The notes beneath the pieces were generated by a model. It was not told the DNA's origin. It did not search any database and was given only the letters and a program-made list of their open reading frames with translations. From NCBI GenBank assembly GCA_965644315.1, contig CBFFRQ010000054.1:310001-374000 (forward strand): a DNA stretch of 64,000 nucleotides, given 5' to 3'. A program made the position numbers and the translations under genes. Of the stretch, positions 23,412 to 34,100 are shown one piece after another. The stretch's first letter is position 1; every line of letters begins with the position of its first letter. This DNA is from Caecitellus pseudoparvulus. Lineage: Eukaryota > Protista > Bigyra: Bicosoecida.

Positions 23412-26400
23412 ATGCAGGCAAAGAGGCAGAATCTGGCAGGAAGGCATCCATGGGCAATCAAGGAGGAGTACATCCAGAGCTTCGTCGCTGCAGGCGCAAG
23501 CGCAGTCCATCGCAGAGCACAGGAGTCCTCGCGTAATCCTGTGGGCTGGACAAAGGCTCAAGTCGCACAGGAAGTTGTCAAACTCCTTGGAGTCGAAATG
23601 CTCACACTCTTGAGCGAGGGCCACAGCAGCCTCAGGGCTTTGGAGCCGAGACACTGTGCATCCTTGGCCGGAGGAGCAGCGGGCCAAGCACGTGCTTCTC
23701 GCAAGTCGTCCAGGCTGCAGGCAGCCACAGCTGAGGATTCAGACGACGCGGATACTGAACTTCCAGGGGCTAGAGAGGAAACTGTCATCGAGACACGGCG
23801 GTTTGGGAGCTCTGCAGCGCCCAGTCCAGCCTCGGGGGCAGGCGGAGGCACAGAGGCAGAGGCCACTCCCCAACAAGTGGTGGAGCCCGCGGCCGGAGCA
23901 CACGCAGCGGTGCTCGTCAAGGCCCTAGACTTCCAGAAGCTCTGCCTTTCTGATTCAAGCTCTGTGGCTGCACTCGGAGGCGCTGGTGGAGGGCAACCGG
24001 CAGCGATCGAGGAGGTGCTGGGGGTTCAAGCAAGTCCACAGCCTCACCACGCCCAAGTACTTCAAAGCATCAGTGCAGGGAAGCACTCGCTTGTTATTTC
24101 GCCCCTGGATAACGATCAAGCGGATCTTCTCGGCTTGCTGGCTGGCACTTTGCAGGGGGTTGTCCTCCTGGCGAGTCCTTGTCCATCCCGGCATTGGGCA
24201 AAGGTGTCGCGCCTGCTTAGAAGTGGAATAGCAGCGTGCATCTTGCCCTCCGATGAAGTTGATTGCGACTGTGAGGTGGCGCACAAGCTTGCAGTTGGAC
24301 AAGTGCCCTCGTTCGGGGACTGCGTCGCCACCTGTGCGTCGGCTGGTGACATGGTTCCCAGCGATGCCGCACTCCATTCAAGCTTGACGCAAGGGGCCGT
24401 GATAGTTGTGTCCATCCCACAGGCGATGCAGTTCTTGTCGATAACTTCGTCGACTCGTGAAGATAGAATGCTTGCGGCACTAGTCATCAACCTGCCTGCG
24501 GGTCCTTTGCCACTCATGCAAGTCGACAGTGACCCTCTGAGGCAGCTGAGCCAGGCTGCCCAAGCAGCAAGCCTCCCTGTCCTCGCCACGAGCACCGTAG
24601 CTGCGCCAGGCACCGTGCCTCGCATCCTTTCGTACCTGCACCTTGCCCCGGAGCACACTGCCATTGCCAGGCGCAGTGTCCGGACTGCAGTGCAGCTGCA
24701 TGTGACACACAAGCCACTTGCCTGTGGCAGCAGCGGAGCTCGCCCAAGGTCTGCTGCAGCAGACACGAAGCACCACTCTTTTGATGAAGTATTAAACTTG
24801 TTAGCTCAGTTCCAGAGCTTCGAAAGGGTGCTTGTTGTGTGCCGAGACGAAGCCACGACAAACGCGCTGGACAGGCGTGTCCGCAAAGCTCTGGCGCGAA
24901 GTGACACGGAAGCTCTTGAACCCCAAAGCTCTGGTGGGTCGCCCCAAGCACAACAAGGCCTCTGCGTGGACGTGATCCTGCTGCCAGTGGCGTTGGACAT
25001 GCCGCAGTACGCATACGATCGCGTCATTGTCCATGACTTCCCAGGAGACCTGGCCACCCTTGCCGAGCTTGCAGCCAAGTGTGCAGTGGACGTACCTGGA
25101 CACATGTACGTCTTATTCAACGAATCTGAAGCTTCAAGGGTGATTGCTGGCATGGAGGAAGATGGTGCACGTGCAAGTGACCTCCTTGACTTCAATTTGG
25201 CCAAGAGCTGGGCAGAGCTTCACAAGGGAAGGCCAGACAGGGATGCGTGGGCTGGGCTGGCTGCTTATCTGGACTTCGGCCTGAGTCCGGTTGCCCTCTT
25301 TGACAGCGACACCACAAGCACCAGCTCAGAGGGTGGCGCGGTCGGTAGCTCTTGCTCCCATGTCGAGACTCCCGCGCCTGTGCTGATGGACTTTGCACGC
25401 GTGATTGAAGCCATCCGCTCGTGCCTGCAGCTCAACCCAGACCTTGAGCTGACTCTTGCCAATGTGTTTAGCATGGCAAGCATTGACAAGCTCCCCAACG
25501 AAGTAGATAAGCACTGCGTTTTGGAGAACAGGGAAGCCTTGACCCGCTTGCGAGATGTGCTGGCAGCAACCAGACATGCTGGGGTGGCGCCGGTGGATGT
25601 CGTGCGCGCCGTGCGGGCTGCGTCTCATCAAGGGGCGCTCATCTTGAAAGAGCACCGGCACCATAGCCAAGTGACTCTAGCGCATGCGACTGCTCAGGCC
25701 ACCGTCATCCAGGTCCGACTATCCCGTGTGGACAAGACTCCCAGGACAGACACCATAGTCTCCAGCATCCTGCCAACGCCAAAGGGGGCAAACAGTCCTC
25801 TGCATGCCTTGCTTGTCCATCGACGGTCACTCGGGCAGCGCATTCGATTTGGCCCGCTCGAAGAATGTGGCCCAGCGCTCTCACAAGCGGCGAGGGAGTT
25901 TGGATGCCTCATCAAGCTGGAGAACAAGCCGTGGCACGGGAAGCAGGGGCAAGTCATGTTGACTTTTGCATGCGCCCACACAAGCCCTGACTCTGCAGGT
26001 TCGGGTTGCAGTCCAGAATCAAGTAGCCCTGTTCACGATCCGCAACAGCGTGACGCTGCTCTGGCTTCGCCACAGAGACTTTGCCAGCAGTGCCCCTTCA
26101 GGATTAGGGTGGCCCTAAGTCAGAAGGGATACACTCTGGAGGTTTGCATGCACCATAACCACACCCCTGCAAAGTACTTCGCAATCGATGAACCCGTTGA
26201 CCCGACCAAGCAGGTCGGTCGTGCGGAGTACATGTCCCTGCCCATCAGCCCCGTGGTGACGGAAATCATCAAAAAAAGGGCAGCAAGCACGCCTGGCGCA
26301 TCCATGCTTGACATCCTTACCTATCTCCTAGCCAAGACACAGTGCTCAACCCCTGAGGTATACATAAAGCACGACCAGATGCTCAAAGACAAGCACACAG

Positions 26401-29400
26401 CCACGTCCCAGCTCATGCAGGACGCTGGTCTCAGACGCAAGCATGGACTGTTCAACATTCACCCCTCCCCTGCCGCAATCCAGGGATATTTGGACAAAAT
26501 GAAGCGAGAGCAGCGCGGGGGGATGTCCGTCTTTCAGGCGTGTGTGGACATGGCGGCGGCAGACACGACCAACACCTACTTCCACCTCAACAAGCTCAAC
26601 CAAGCGGAGGACTTCAGTGTCTTGCTCATAATCACACCGCAAATGAGGAAGTATGCAGCTACAAGCGAGTACAAGGAGTCCATGAACTCCCTGGTGTACG
26701 AGGATGACACGGGAGGCACCGACAAGTTCAAGTCAAAGCTCTTCACGTGGCTGTACAGGTCACCCCACACCTCACATGGCATCCCAGTTGCGTTCATGTA
26801 CTTCCATGCAGGGAAAAACCCAGTGCCTGGGGCCCTAGCCCAAGCTCTCGTGTGGTCGTACCAGAAGATGGAGACCGAGCTGGGTGGTGCGTTTCACCTC
26901 ACTGCCAAGATGATGGACAAGTGCCCGCATGGCCACTCCGCCTTCGCATGGCACGTGGGGACCAAGATGAAGAGGCTGCTGGACAAAGTGGGGAGTGATC
27001 CCAGCGTGTCCCGTTCGCTGCAGGTCTCTGCCCAGGCGGCCCAGCGGCAGCTGGGCGACTTCGGCGCGGTGGAGGATGCCAGCAAGGCGAAGTGGCTGCC
27101 TGTGCACGAAACCATCCAGGCGCTTCGCGAGCATACCCATGAACTCAGCGCCTTTAGACACATTCCAGAAGTGCGGATGCTGGAACGCATGCTGCATAGC
27201 AAGCTGTTCCTCTGTCACTTCCACGCTTTGAAGGCTGTGAACGAGAGCGTCACCATGACCCTTCCAGACCAAGAGAGCAAAACCACCTTCACGGATGCAG
27301 CCCGCACTCTGTTCATGGCAACGTCGCCTCAAGAGCTCCACCGCCACTGGCAAGTCATGAGGCAAGACGTGTGCGCTGATCCTAAGTACCGCAAAGCGCT
27401 GGAGTACTTGGAGGCGAACTGGCTGTGTGACGCGTGGCTGCCAACATGGGCACTTTGGTTTCGCAATGACCGCTCCATGGACAACACAACAAACTATGTT
27501 GAGTCAATGTGGAACATGCTCAAGTACCGGGTCTTGAAGCGGCGCTACAACCATTCAACCTATGAGATGCTCGTTGCGCTTGTAGGAGGGCCAGAGCCAG
27601 ACAAGGGAGGCTGTTTAGTGTCGTACATCCAGTGTCGTGAAGTGGCCCGGACGTACAGGACAGGTGCCCGGAGTTCCGTACAACGAATAGCGAGAGAGTC
27701 AAAAAAGAAAGGGCTCGAGATGTTCCTAAGGTGGAAGAAGGGGGGTGTCTTGGAGGAACGCATCAACCTGCAAGACTGCAAGACTCTGACCTTCGAGATC
27801 CACAGCGAGTCACGGACCAATACCATCTACCTCGTCTCGTTGGCTAACCCCCGAACATGTGGCCCAATCTGCGACTGCTCTGCCCACGGGTCCACAGCTT
27901 CGTGCAAGCACGGCTGGGCAGCACGCCACTACGCTCAGGAGATCCTGCGCTGTGATGTCGCAGGCAAGATATCGGAAACATTTGGAGGGAAAGAGCTGAG
28001 CGTCACTGAGACGGACTCGAATCCAGTTGATGGGTCTCAGATGAGCCCTGGTTGCGCCCAGGATCCGGAGGGTGCTGCCTCGCCAGTCACAGAGTCTCCC
28101 TCAACGACTGAAGGCGCCAGTGAGCCGAGCGCACCAGAGGCCAAGGCGATTGCAAAGGAGCTGGCAGCCCTGGCACTGAAGATGGAACGGCTCGGTTCAG
28201 CCATTCCAAGCACAGCAGTCAGGCTTGTAAAGCGGGCTGCAACGGAGTGCGACCCAGAGATCTGCTGGGCTCCAGTGCTGGATGCCGCCGCCAAGGGGGC
28301 ACGGAGCAGGGAGAAGTACGTTGCAAACTCTGGGAACTTTTCAGGGCACGTGGCCAGAAAACTTCGACGAAAGAAGTCATTGCGAACTTCGCCTGGTAAG
28401 GGTTCCCAAGTGGACCCTGCACACGCACGCAGACTGAAGCCCTCTGACACTTCGAGCGCACAGCCAGCTCTCTGCAAGCACCCCAACCGCCGGACGCACC
28501 AAACGAAACCATCGTCGGTTACAAGCAAGAACATGGTGAGGAAGTTTTCAACACGCGCACCAGTTGCATCCAGGCCGGCTGAAGGCAGCCTTGATGCGAT
28601 CGGACTGGACACGCTGTACGTGGCTCGAGAGGGAGCGGATGCCGTGTCCACGAAGCAAGTCTTCCGCGTTTGGCTCGCGGACAACCCTGAACACACCATC
28701 ATAGTAGACTCCAAGGGTTTTCTTGTCAGTAGAGAGGTAAGAGTGCCCCCCAAGCCAGCCTTCCTGCTCGTGGATGACTTCCTTCCTTTGGCAGTCCAAC
28801 GCCTTGCGAAGGCGGCAACGAAACACTGGGCACTCTTGCGCAGCCTGCGAGAGGCTGAGAGCGGGGACTGTCTGGCACAGATGATAAGCCTGGTATTATG
28901 GAGCGCCTTCCCAGAGGATGCGGAGCGGCGTGCAGGTGCCTTTTGGCGCCCGGATGTCCTTGCAGGTCTCGGCCAGCCCTCAGCGGCGGCCTCCGTCACA
29001 ACTGTTCGAGGAGACATCGTCCGGGCGTATGATGCGCAAGGCTGGGACTGCGTGTACGTTGTACTGGGGAATGAGTCGCAGCCATTGCTTGCTCAGTGCT
29101 TCCCTGATGGCCGTTTTGACCCAGCCAGAGACCATGTGGACCACAGCCGCCTTGCACACGTGCCCGAGGCCGAATGGACTGAGGCGGTGACGCACATGGT
29201 GGGGGACCTCGGCAGGCTTTGGAGAGAGAGGGGTCTGCAAGGCATTCCCAAGGCCATGCGATACATCCATGCAGCGAGGGAGAGGTCAGTTGTCCACCCG
29301 CCAGTCCCGTTCCAGCCCAAGTTCCAAGAAGGGGACTCAGTCTTCGCACGGGCATTCATCCCACCCGGCCAAGGGGAGGACGGAGAGTCCATGGACTGGG

Positions 29401-29987
29401 GGTGGACGAATGGGCCTGATGGCTGGTACCCCGGGCGTGTATCACAGGTGCGAGCCGACGGCACATACTCCATCACCTTTGACGATGGCGACAGCCACGA
29501 CAGAGTGCCTGTCAAGTCTGTGCAGGTGCCAAAGAGGTTGGAGAAAAGGCTGGGCGGGACAAAGAGACAGCGGGAAAGATCGGCTGCAAGTCTGGCAAGG
29601 TCTGGGGCAGCTTGTGTTGCAGAGGATGACGAGGATGACGGCAGTGAAGTGCAGGATGGGGATGTGCTCAGCCTCATGGAGCAGCCGCAGTGGTACCTCA
29701 TGGTCAACACCCGTGCGCAAACGCGGGCGTACTTCTACGACCCGCGTGATGGCAAAACTGTATGTGGGAGGTTCCAGGAAGGGTCCAAGGTCATTGAAGC
29801 GGAGTACATGAAGCTGGACGGCGGCGAGCTGCTTGAACTGGTCACGAAGTGCGAGCCAGTGAGTCCCCAACATCTGACAGGCGACATCGGGGAAGACCGA
29901 GCAGAGTTGCTCATATCCAAGTCAACCTTTTTGACCCGCAAGAGCGAGTACCGCATTATTTCCAGAGGAAAACGCAGGAAGACCTGA
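23412..29987 (+). CDS. MULE DDE transposase fusion: degenerate RecQ-like helicase + C2H2/WRKY-like finger + MULE domain + SWIM + Tudor-like domain
   Basis: MULE: YEDDTGGTDKFKSKLFTWL..GIPVAFM (~26.7 kb), MMDK, LFLCHFHALKAV (CxxH), TTNYVESMWNMLK (catalytic E). SWIM: CDC..CKH (~27.9 kb). Finger: CPFRIRV..HNH (~26.1 kb). Tudor/Agenet-like: FQEGDSVFAR..WYPGRVSQVRADGTYSITFDDGD (~29.3-29.5 kb). RecQ-like remnants: VLQSISAGKHSLVISP, RVLVVC, DRVIVHDFPGDL. Confidence 0.8.
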   Translation: MQAKRQNLAGRHPWAIKEEYIQSFVAAGASAVHRRAQESSRNPVGWTKAQVAQEVVKLLGVEMLTLLSEGHSSLRALEPRHCASLAGGAAGQARASRKSSRLQAATAEDSDDADTELPGAREETVIETRRFGSSAAPSPASGAGGGTEAEATPQQVVEPAAGAHAAVLVKALDFQKLCLSDSSSVAALGGAGGGQPAAIEEVLGVQASPQPHHAQVLQSISAGKHSLVISPLDNDQADLLGLLAGTLQGVVLLASPCPSRHWAKVSRLLRSGIAACILPSDEVDCDCEVAHKLAVGQVPSFGDCVATCASAGDMVPSDAALHSSLTQGAVIVVSIPQAMQFLSITSSTREDRMLAALVINLPAGPLPLMQVDSDPLRQLSQAAQAASLPVLATSTVAAPGTVPRILSYLHLAPEHTAIARRSVRTAVQLHVTHKPLACGSSGARPRSAAADTKHHSFDEVLNLLAQFQSFERVLVVCRDEATTNALDRRVRKALARSDTEALEPQSSGGSPQAQQGLCVDVILLPVALDMPQYAYDRVIVHDFPGDLATLAELAAKCAVDVPGHMYVLFNESEASRVIAGMEEDGARASDLLDFNLAKSWAELHKGRPDRDAWAGLAAYLDFGLSPVALFDSDTTSTSSEGGAVGSSCSHVETPAPVLMDFARVIEAIRSCLQLNPDLELTLANVFSMASIDKLPNEVDKHCVLENREALTRLRDVLAATRHAGVAPVDVVRAVRAASHQGALILKEHRHHSQVTLAHATAQATVIQVRLSRVDKTPRTDTIVSSILPTPKGANSPLHALLVHRRSLGQRIRFGPLEECGPALSQAAREFGCLIKLENKPWHGKQGQVMLTFACAHTSPDSAGSGCSPESSSPVHDPQQRDAALASPQRLCQQCPFRIRVALSQKGYTLEVCMHHNHTPAKYFAIDEPVDPTKQVGRAEYMSLPISPVVTEIIKKRAASTPGASMLDILTYLLAKTQCSTPEVYIKHDQMLKDKHTATSQLMQDAGLRRKHGLFNIHPSPAAIQGYLDKMKREQRGGMSVFQACVDMAAADTTNTYFHLNKLNQAEDFSVLLIITPQMRKYAATSEYKESMNSLVYEDDTGGTDKFKSKLFTWLYRSPHTSHGIPVAFMYFHAGKNPVPGALAQALVWSYQKMETELGGAFHLTAKMMDKCPHGHSAFAWHVGTKMKRLLDKVGSDPSVSRSLQVSAQAAQRQLGDFGAVEDASKAKWLPVHETIQALREHTHELSAFRHIPEVRMLERMLHSKLFLCHFHALKAVNESVTMTLPDQESKTTFTDAARTLFMATSPQELHRHWQVMRQDVCADPKYRKALEYLEANWLCDAWLPTWALWFRNDRSMDNTTNYVESMWNMLKYRVLKRRYNHSTYEMLVALVGGPEPDKGGCLVSYIQCREVARTYRTGARSSVQRIARESKKKGLEMFLRWKKGGVLEERINLQDCKTLTFEIHSESRTNTIYLVSLANPRTCGPICDCSAHGSTASCKHGWAARHYAQEILRCDVAGKISETFGGKELSVTETDSNPVDGSQMSPGCAQDPEGAASPVTESPSTTEGASEPSAPEAKAIAKELAALALKMERLGSAIPSTAVRLVKRAATECDPEICWAPVLDAAAKGARSREKYVANSGNFSGHVARKLRRKKSLRTSPGKGSQVDPAHARRLKPSDTSSAQPALCKHPNRRTHQTKPSSVTSKNMVRKFSTRAPVASRPAEGSLDAIGLDTLYVAREGADAVSTKQVFRVWLADNPEHTIIVDSKGFLVSREVRVPPKPAFLLVDDFLPLAVQRLAKAATKHWALLRSLREAESGDCLAQMISLVLWSAFPEDAERRAGAFWRPDVLAGLGQPSAAASVTTVRGDIVRAYDAQGWDCVYVVLGNESQPLLAQCFPDGRFDPARDHVDHSRLAHVPEAEWTEAVTHMVGDLGRLWRERGLQGIPKAMRYIHAARERSVVHPPVPFQPKFQEGDSVFARAFIPPGQGEDGESMDWGWTNGPDGWYPGRVSQVRADGTYSITFDDGDSHDRVPVKSVQVPKRLEKRLGGTKRQRERSAASLARSGAACVAEDDEDDGSEVQDGDVLSLMEQPQWYLMVNTRAQTRAYFYDPRDGKTVCGRFQEGSKVIEAEYMKLDGGELLELVTKCEPVSPQHLTGDIGEDRAELLISKSTFLTRKSEYRIISRGKRRKT

Positions 29988-31108
29988 GAGTAGAAGGAGC
30001 TGGGTGCCCTGCGGGTGAGCTCCGGGGAGCACTGCAGGCCCACAGCAGCAGGGCTGTGACAGTCAGAGCGGTTCTACTTGGCATCTACTTTCTTGCTGAG
30101 GAGCCATGGCCCCCAGGGTTGGTAAAGGGAGGAAGCATCGCACAAGACTTCCGGATGGGAACAGGAGTCAAGAAGCCAGGTCGATCTGGACGTCCACGAG
30201 GTCAGCGGAGAAGCTGTGGAGACGCAACAGCCTATGCTGGACCTGCTATAGGTCTTCGGTCTTACCCCTACCATGAAAATCGCCAGGGCTTGCGCAAGGA
30301 TGGGCGGCAATCCGGGTCGGCGGGAGGCAGGAGACGCCAGCCCGCACCAAGAAGTCGCCGACACGGATTCCGCAATGCACAGGGCCCTTCATCCACGCAG
30401 ACTACGCAGGTAGTGTTGCATGCATACTGATCGAGCCCCCGTACACTGTCCTGTTGGGGATTACTGGCAGAAGCCGAAGATAGAGCCCCGAAGCTCAGTG
30501 GAGTTTCATGAAACTCTGCCCAGATGGAGTTGCACCTCTGCGGCAGGCCCTGTTGAGGTTCCAGGCATATTTTCGACCGAACCAAATTCAACTTTCACTC
30601 ATAACGTAACAGAGCAAAATTCAAGCTCTGGGAAGCCTGCGTAGTCACGCTAGGCTGGCCTTGTGTCACTGCACCTGCGCTGACACCATCCACCTGTGGG
30701 ACGTTGCTTTCAAGGAGCCACTACGAGCACGTGCGGACGCAAATCCCCGTAAGTCAGCGCTCATCTTAAATTTTGTGACATAAAGGTCCAGCCGTATATG
30801 TTTTGTATGCCGGAAAGGTTAAGGGCCCTTCATGAGAGCTGAATGTAGGCTAGTTACCAGTAGCCCCCTGCCCCAGTGTTTCCGGGGGGGGACGGAAGCA
30901 ACGCACAAACCTTGCCGAAGTGCAACAGACATGAGCAGCTAAGTGGAGTTGGACATTTTCCTGGGGCCACATTACAGGGATCCTGCCAGTTGTTTGGAGA
31001 GTAGGCGGCCCCCAGCGGGCGAGCGCAGACTTCACGCATGGCAATGCACATTGAATTCATTTGACACTTGTTGCATGGTCACCCTTGCATGGCTCATGCT
31101 TTGGGTGT

Positions 31109-34100
31109 CTAGCTTGAGCTACTTGCTGAGCTGTCTTGCTCTGCCTCGCGGCCACCTTGCGCTGCGCTGGCCAGCACAGATCTCAGGTCAGCGATGCAAC
31201 CTGACCCAAACAGCCCGAAGCACGTCGCATTACATCTACCCCACACCTCAGTGTTGAGGTTTTGTTGTGCTTCGCTCCTGGCAGAGCAGTACACGAAGCA
31301 CAACTCAACATCCTCTGGAGTCACAGTCGACACCGAGAAGGTTTCTGAGCTGTGACTCGCCTCCGCAGCTCCTGTGCGATCGGGCACCTCTGCCTGATGC
31401 AACTGAACGTCCAAGGAATGGCTACCTTGGCCTTCTTTCCACACACCATCCACAATGATGGGAATGCCCAACATGGAGAAGATGGTGCTCGCAAGGGTGG
31501 CTGGCCCCAGGGGTCGAGCAGCGCCACCTTCCGTGGCTGCGCCCTCCCGGTTGTGGGGAATGCCTGATGGCCCGGGTGCTTTCCAGCCTCCAGTTGCCAC
31601 AAGCTTGACGATGTCTTTCAGAGCCCCCGGCACGTTGACCTGCCCACCTGCGCTGCCCACGCTTCCTGTCAACACGAACTTCAGCGACCGGTGGCTTGAG
31701 TGAACGATCAGTGTCGACGTCGTCGCCTCCACAAAGGCGACCTGAAGGACCATGCGTTCACCCCGCTTGACCCATTTGAAGGCCAAGAAGTCAACACCAG
31801 GAAAGTTGCGTTGGGTGTGAATCAAGAGCACCTGGTTGACTTTCAGTTCATGCAGCATGGTGATATGTTCTTGGTTGATGCCGCTGGAGTCCTTCGTCGA
31901 GCCTAAGCGTTCGAGGATGCGCTCGCTGAGCGCAGCGGCTTGCATACCTTCGAAGAAGCTCCCACTGGCCCACGCCTCATGCAGATCGAGCTCCTCTGCC
32001 TGCCCTGTCAGATTCACGTACAATCCGCCAAACAAACCCATGTAGAGCAGTACGCCAACTTGGCTCTCGAAAAGGTCAGCCACTATGGGGGCGTTCCCCT
32101 CAACCACCTTGCCTGCCCACATGTCGTCGAGGTGGTCCTGGGACGCCCCACACGAAACCTCTCCGGACAAGGAGAGCATCGCATGAGTTGCGACTCCGAA
32201 AGCAAGATCAGACCCACGAAAGGGGCTCTCAGAGAATCCGCGCAGGTACGGAAACTGCGGGCTTGGCGCAGTGGCGTCTGCCACCAGCTGCAGCAGGTTC
32301 TTGAGAGGCAGCCTGGCGTCTCCTCCTGCCTGCGAGCCCAGCCACTCGACCAAGTGGCGCTTCAAGGACCGGCTCCGTTCCTTGATGATATCAGCGACAA
32401 GTTCACTGGCCACCTTAAACGCCTTTTCTGCGTCAGAATGCTCGCAGGTCTTGAGGGCCGCAACCAAGCGCAGCAGAACGCGCGGCTCGCCTCCGACACG
32501 GGCCACAAGCTGAGTGAGCTTGCCCTTGAAGTCGTCGGAGCCTCCAACCAGCACTCGAACATTTTCTGGAAGGGCCATGCACGCAACTGTTGCTTGCATG
32601 GCGTGCTGGGTTGAGCAGGTTGCACCAGCACCGGCAGCGGCGTTCGCTGCTCCTTCGCCCGGCTGCTGGTCTTCCAGAAACAGGAGGTGCTCGGCGAGAG
32701 GGTTGGAGAAAGTTCCAAGGTCGACGACAGGATTCTCAGAGCCCGCATCAAATGCAAAGCTGAAAGTGCTCCCCCGATCCTCTTCGTCTGGGAACTCGAA
32801 GGACCGCACATCAGGCTTGTAGGCCAGCACTTTGCATGATGTCGAATCCCACAAAAATAGGGAGTCGAGTGATCGGCGCCGGGCCGCGGATGCTGCTTCC
32901 TTGTGCTGCAGGTAGTCGCCGTGCAGCTCGTGCGCGTCGTCGACAAGCAGCAGGCGGGGCGTCGGGTGGAGCTGACCCTCCCGCGGGCGACCAAAAAAGC
33001 CGGTTTGCAGGCTCAGGATGGCCTGCACCGCATCATCCTCCAAGTAACCCTCCCCAGCTCCCAACAATACAGAACTAATGCGCTCGTCAGCCAGCGCACC
33101 CCCACCAGACAGCGAGAAGAGACCGTGCAGCAGCGCTTCAGTCACGCCCTCGGCTTCACTGGACCTGGAAGCTCTCCACGCTGACGGCAAAACGAAAGCA
33201 TCCCCCCCCAGTCCAATGGTGACGATCGTGGCAATGGCTCGAAGGCACTCTGTCTTGCCAGTGCCTTCACCAGACGTCGCCAGCACACCCTGGTCCTTCC
33301 CCATGCACGTAGCAAACGCACGGGCGAAGAACTCAGCCCTCTGCGGAGTGAGCACAAACTCCGTGAAACCCAGCCTCTGCTGCATGACCTGCCCTGCAGC
33401 CGCTCCACTCCCAGAGCCGTACCCCAGCGGGATCACGGGCACTTCAAACGGCGGCTCAAAGCACTGCACGTTCGACTTGTCAAGGCCAAACGGCATGCCA
33501 TCCACGGCCGGAAGCCACAGGACCACAGCGGCCAACACGCCGTTGACCAGTACTGGGCGGCAGCCTAGGCTCCATGGCATGCCGCCGTCGCCCGGGCTTG
33601 CGCTACTCAACTCAGCGGGGTTTCGGAGCACCCTCAGCACTTGCCACTCGCAGACATCCCCAGGAATGAAGTTGCCGAATAGGTTCCGCAGCCAAACAAA
33701 GCTGTCCTTGATATCACAGCTGTCCCGATCCTCAAGGGCCACCGCCGCATCCTCGTACGCGCGGTGGACTCGGGGTGGAGCAGTCGCCAGGCCGCGGATG
33801 CTGTCCTTCCCGCTCACGAGGAGGTGGTGCAGCGGTATCCCGACGTTGCACACCTTATGCAACTCGAGCAAGGGCACCTGGGCTGCTTCCTCCCTTGTGC
33901 CATCTCGCCGTGGACGAGCGCCGCGGTGGATCGGCGGCCACCTCTCTGCAGCATGGGAAGCCGAGCCCGGGGCGATGCTGCTCTGCAGGCCCGTCACCAG
34001 CTTCTGCAAAGCAGCAAAATCCCCGTTACTGCTCCTTAGCAACCTCTTTGTACTTCGAAAACCTCGATCGCTGAGTTCGGACAGCAGTGAAGCAACATCC

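Larger units (their letters stand above)
22631..30883 (+). mobile_element. Mutator-like (MULE) DNA transposon, ~8.25 kb, with candidate 9-bp TSD GGGGGGGGA and only short imperfect terminal matches
   Basis: GGGGGGGGA occurs at both 22622-22630 and 30884-30892. Termini are GGGGGACGACACTG... and ...CAGTGTTTCC. A weak subterminal inverted match is present (TAGCCAACATTAGC vs GCTGAATGTAGGCTA). The interval contains a MULE transposase ORF. Confidence 0.6.

Noticed and set aside
29988-30640. Second gene inside the MULE 3' region
   Set aside because: Only short, stop-interrupted ORFs without recognisable motifs.
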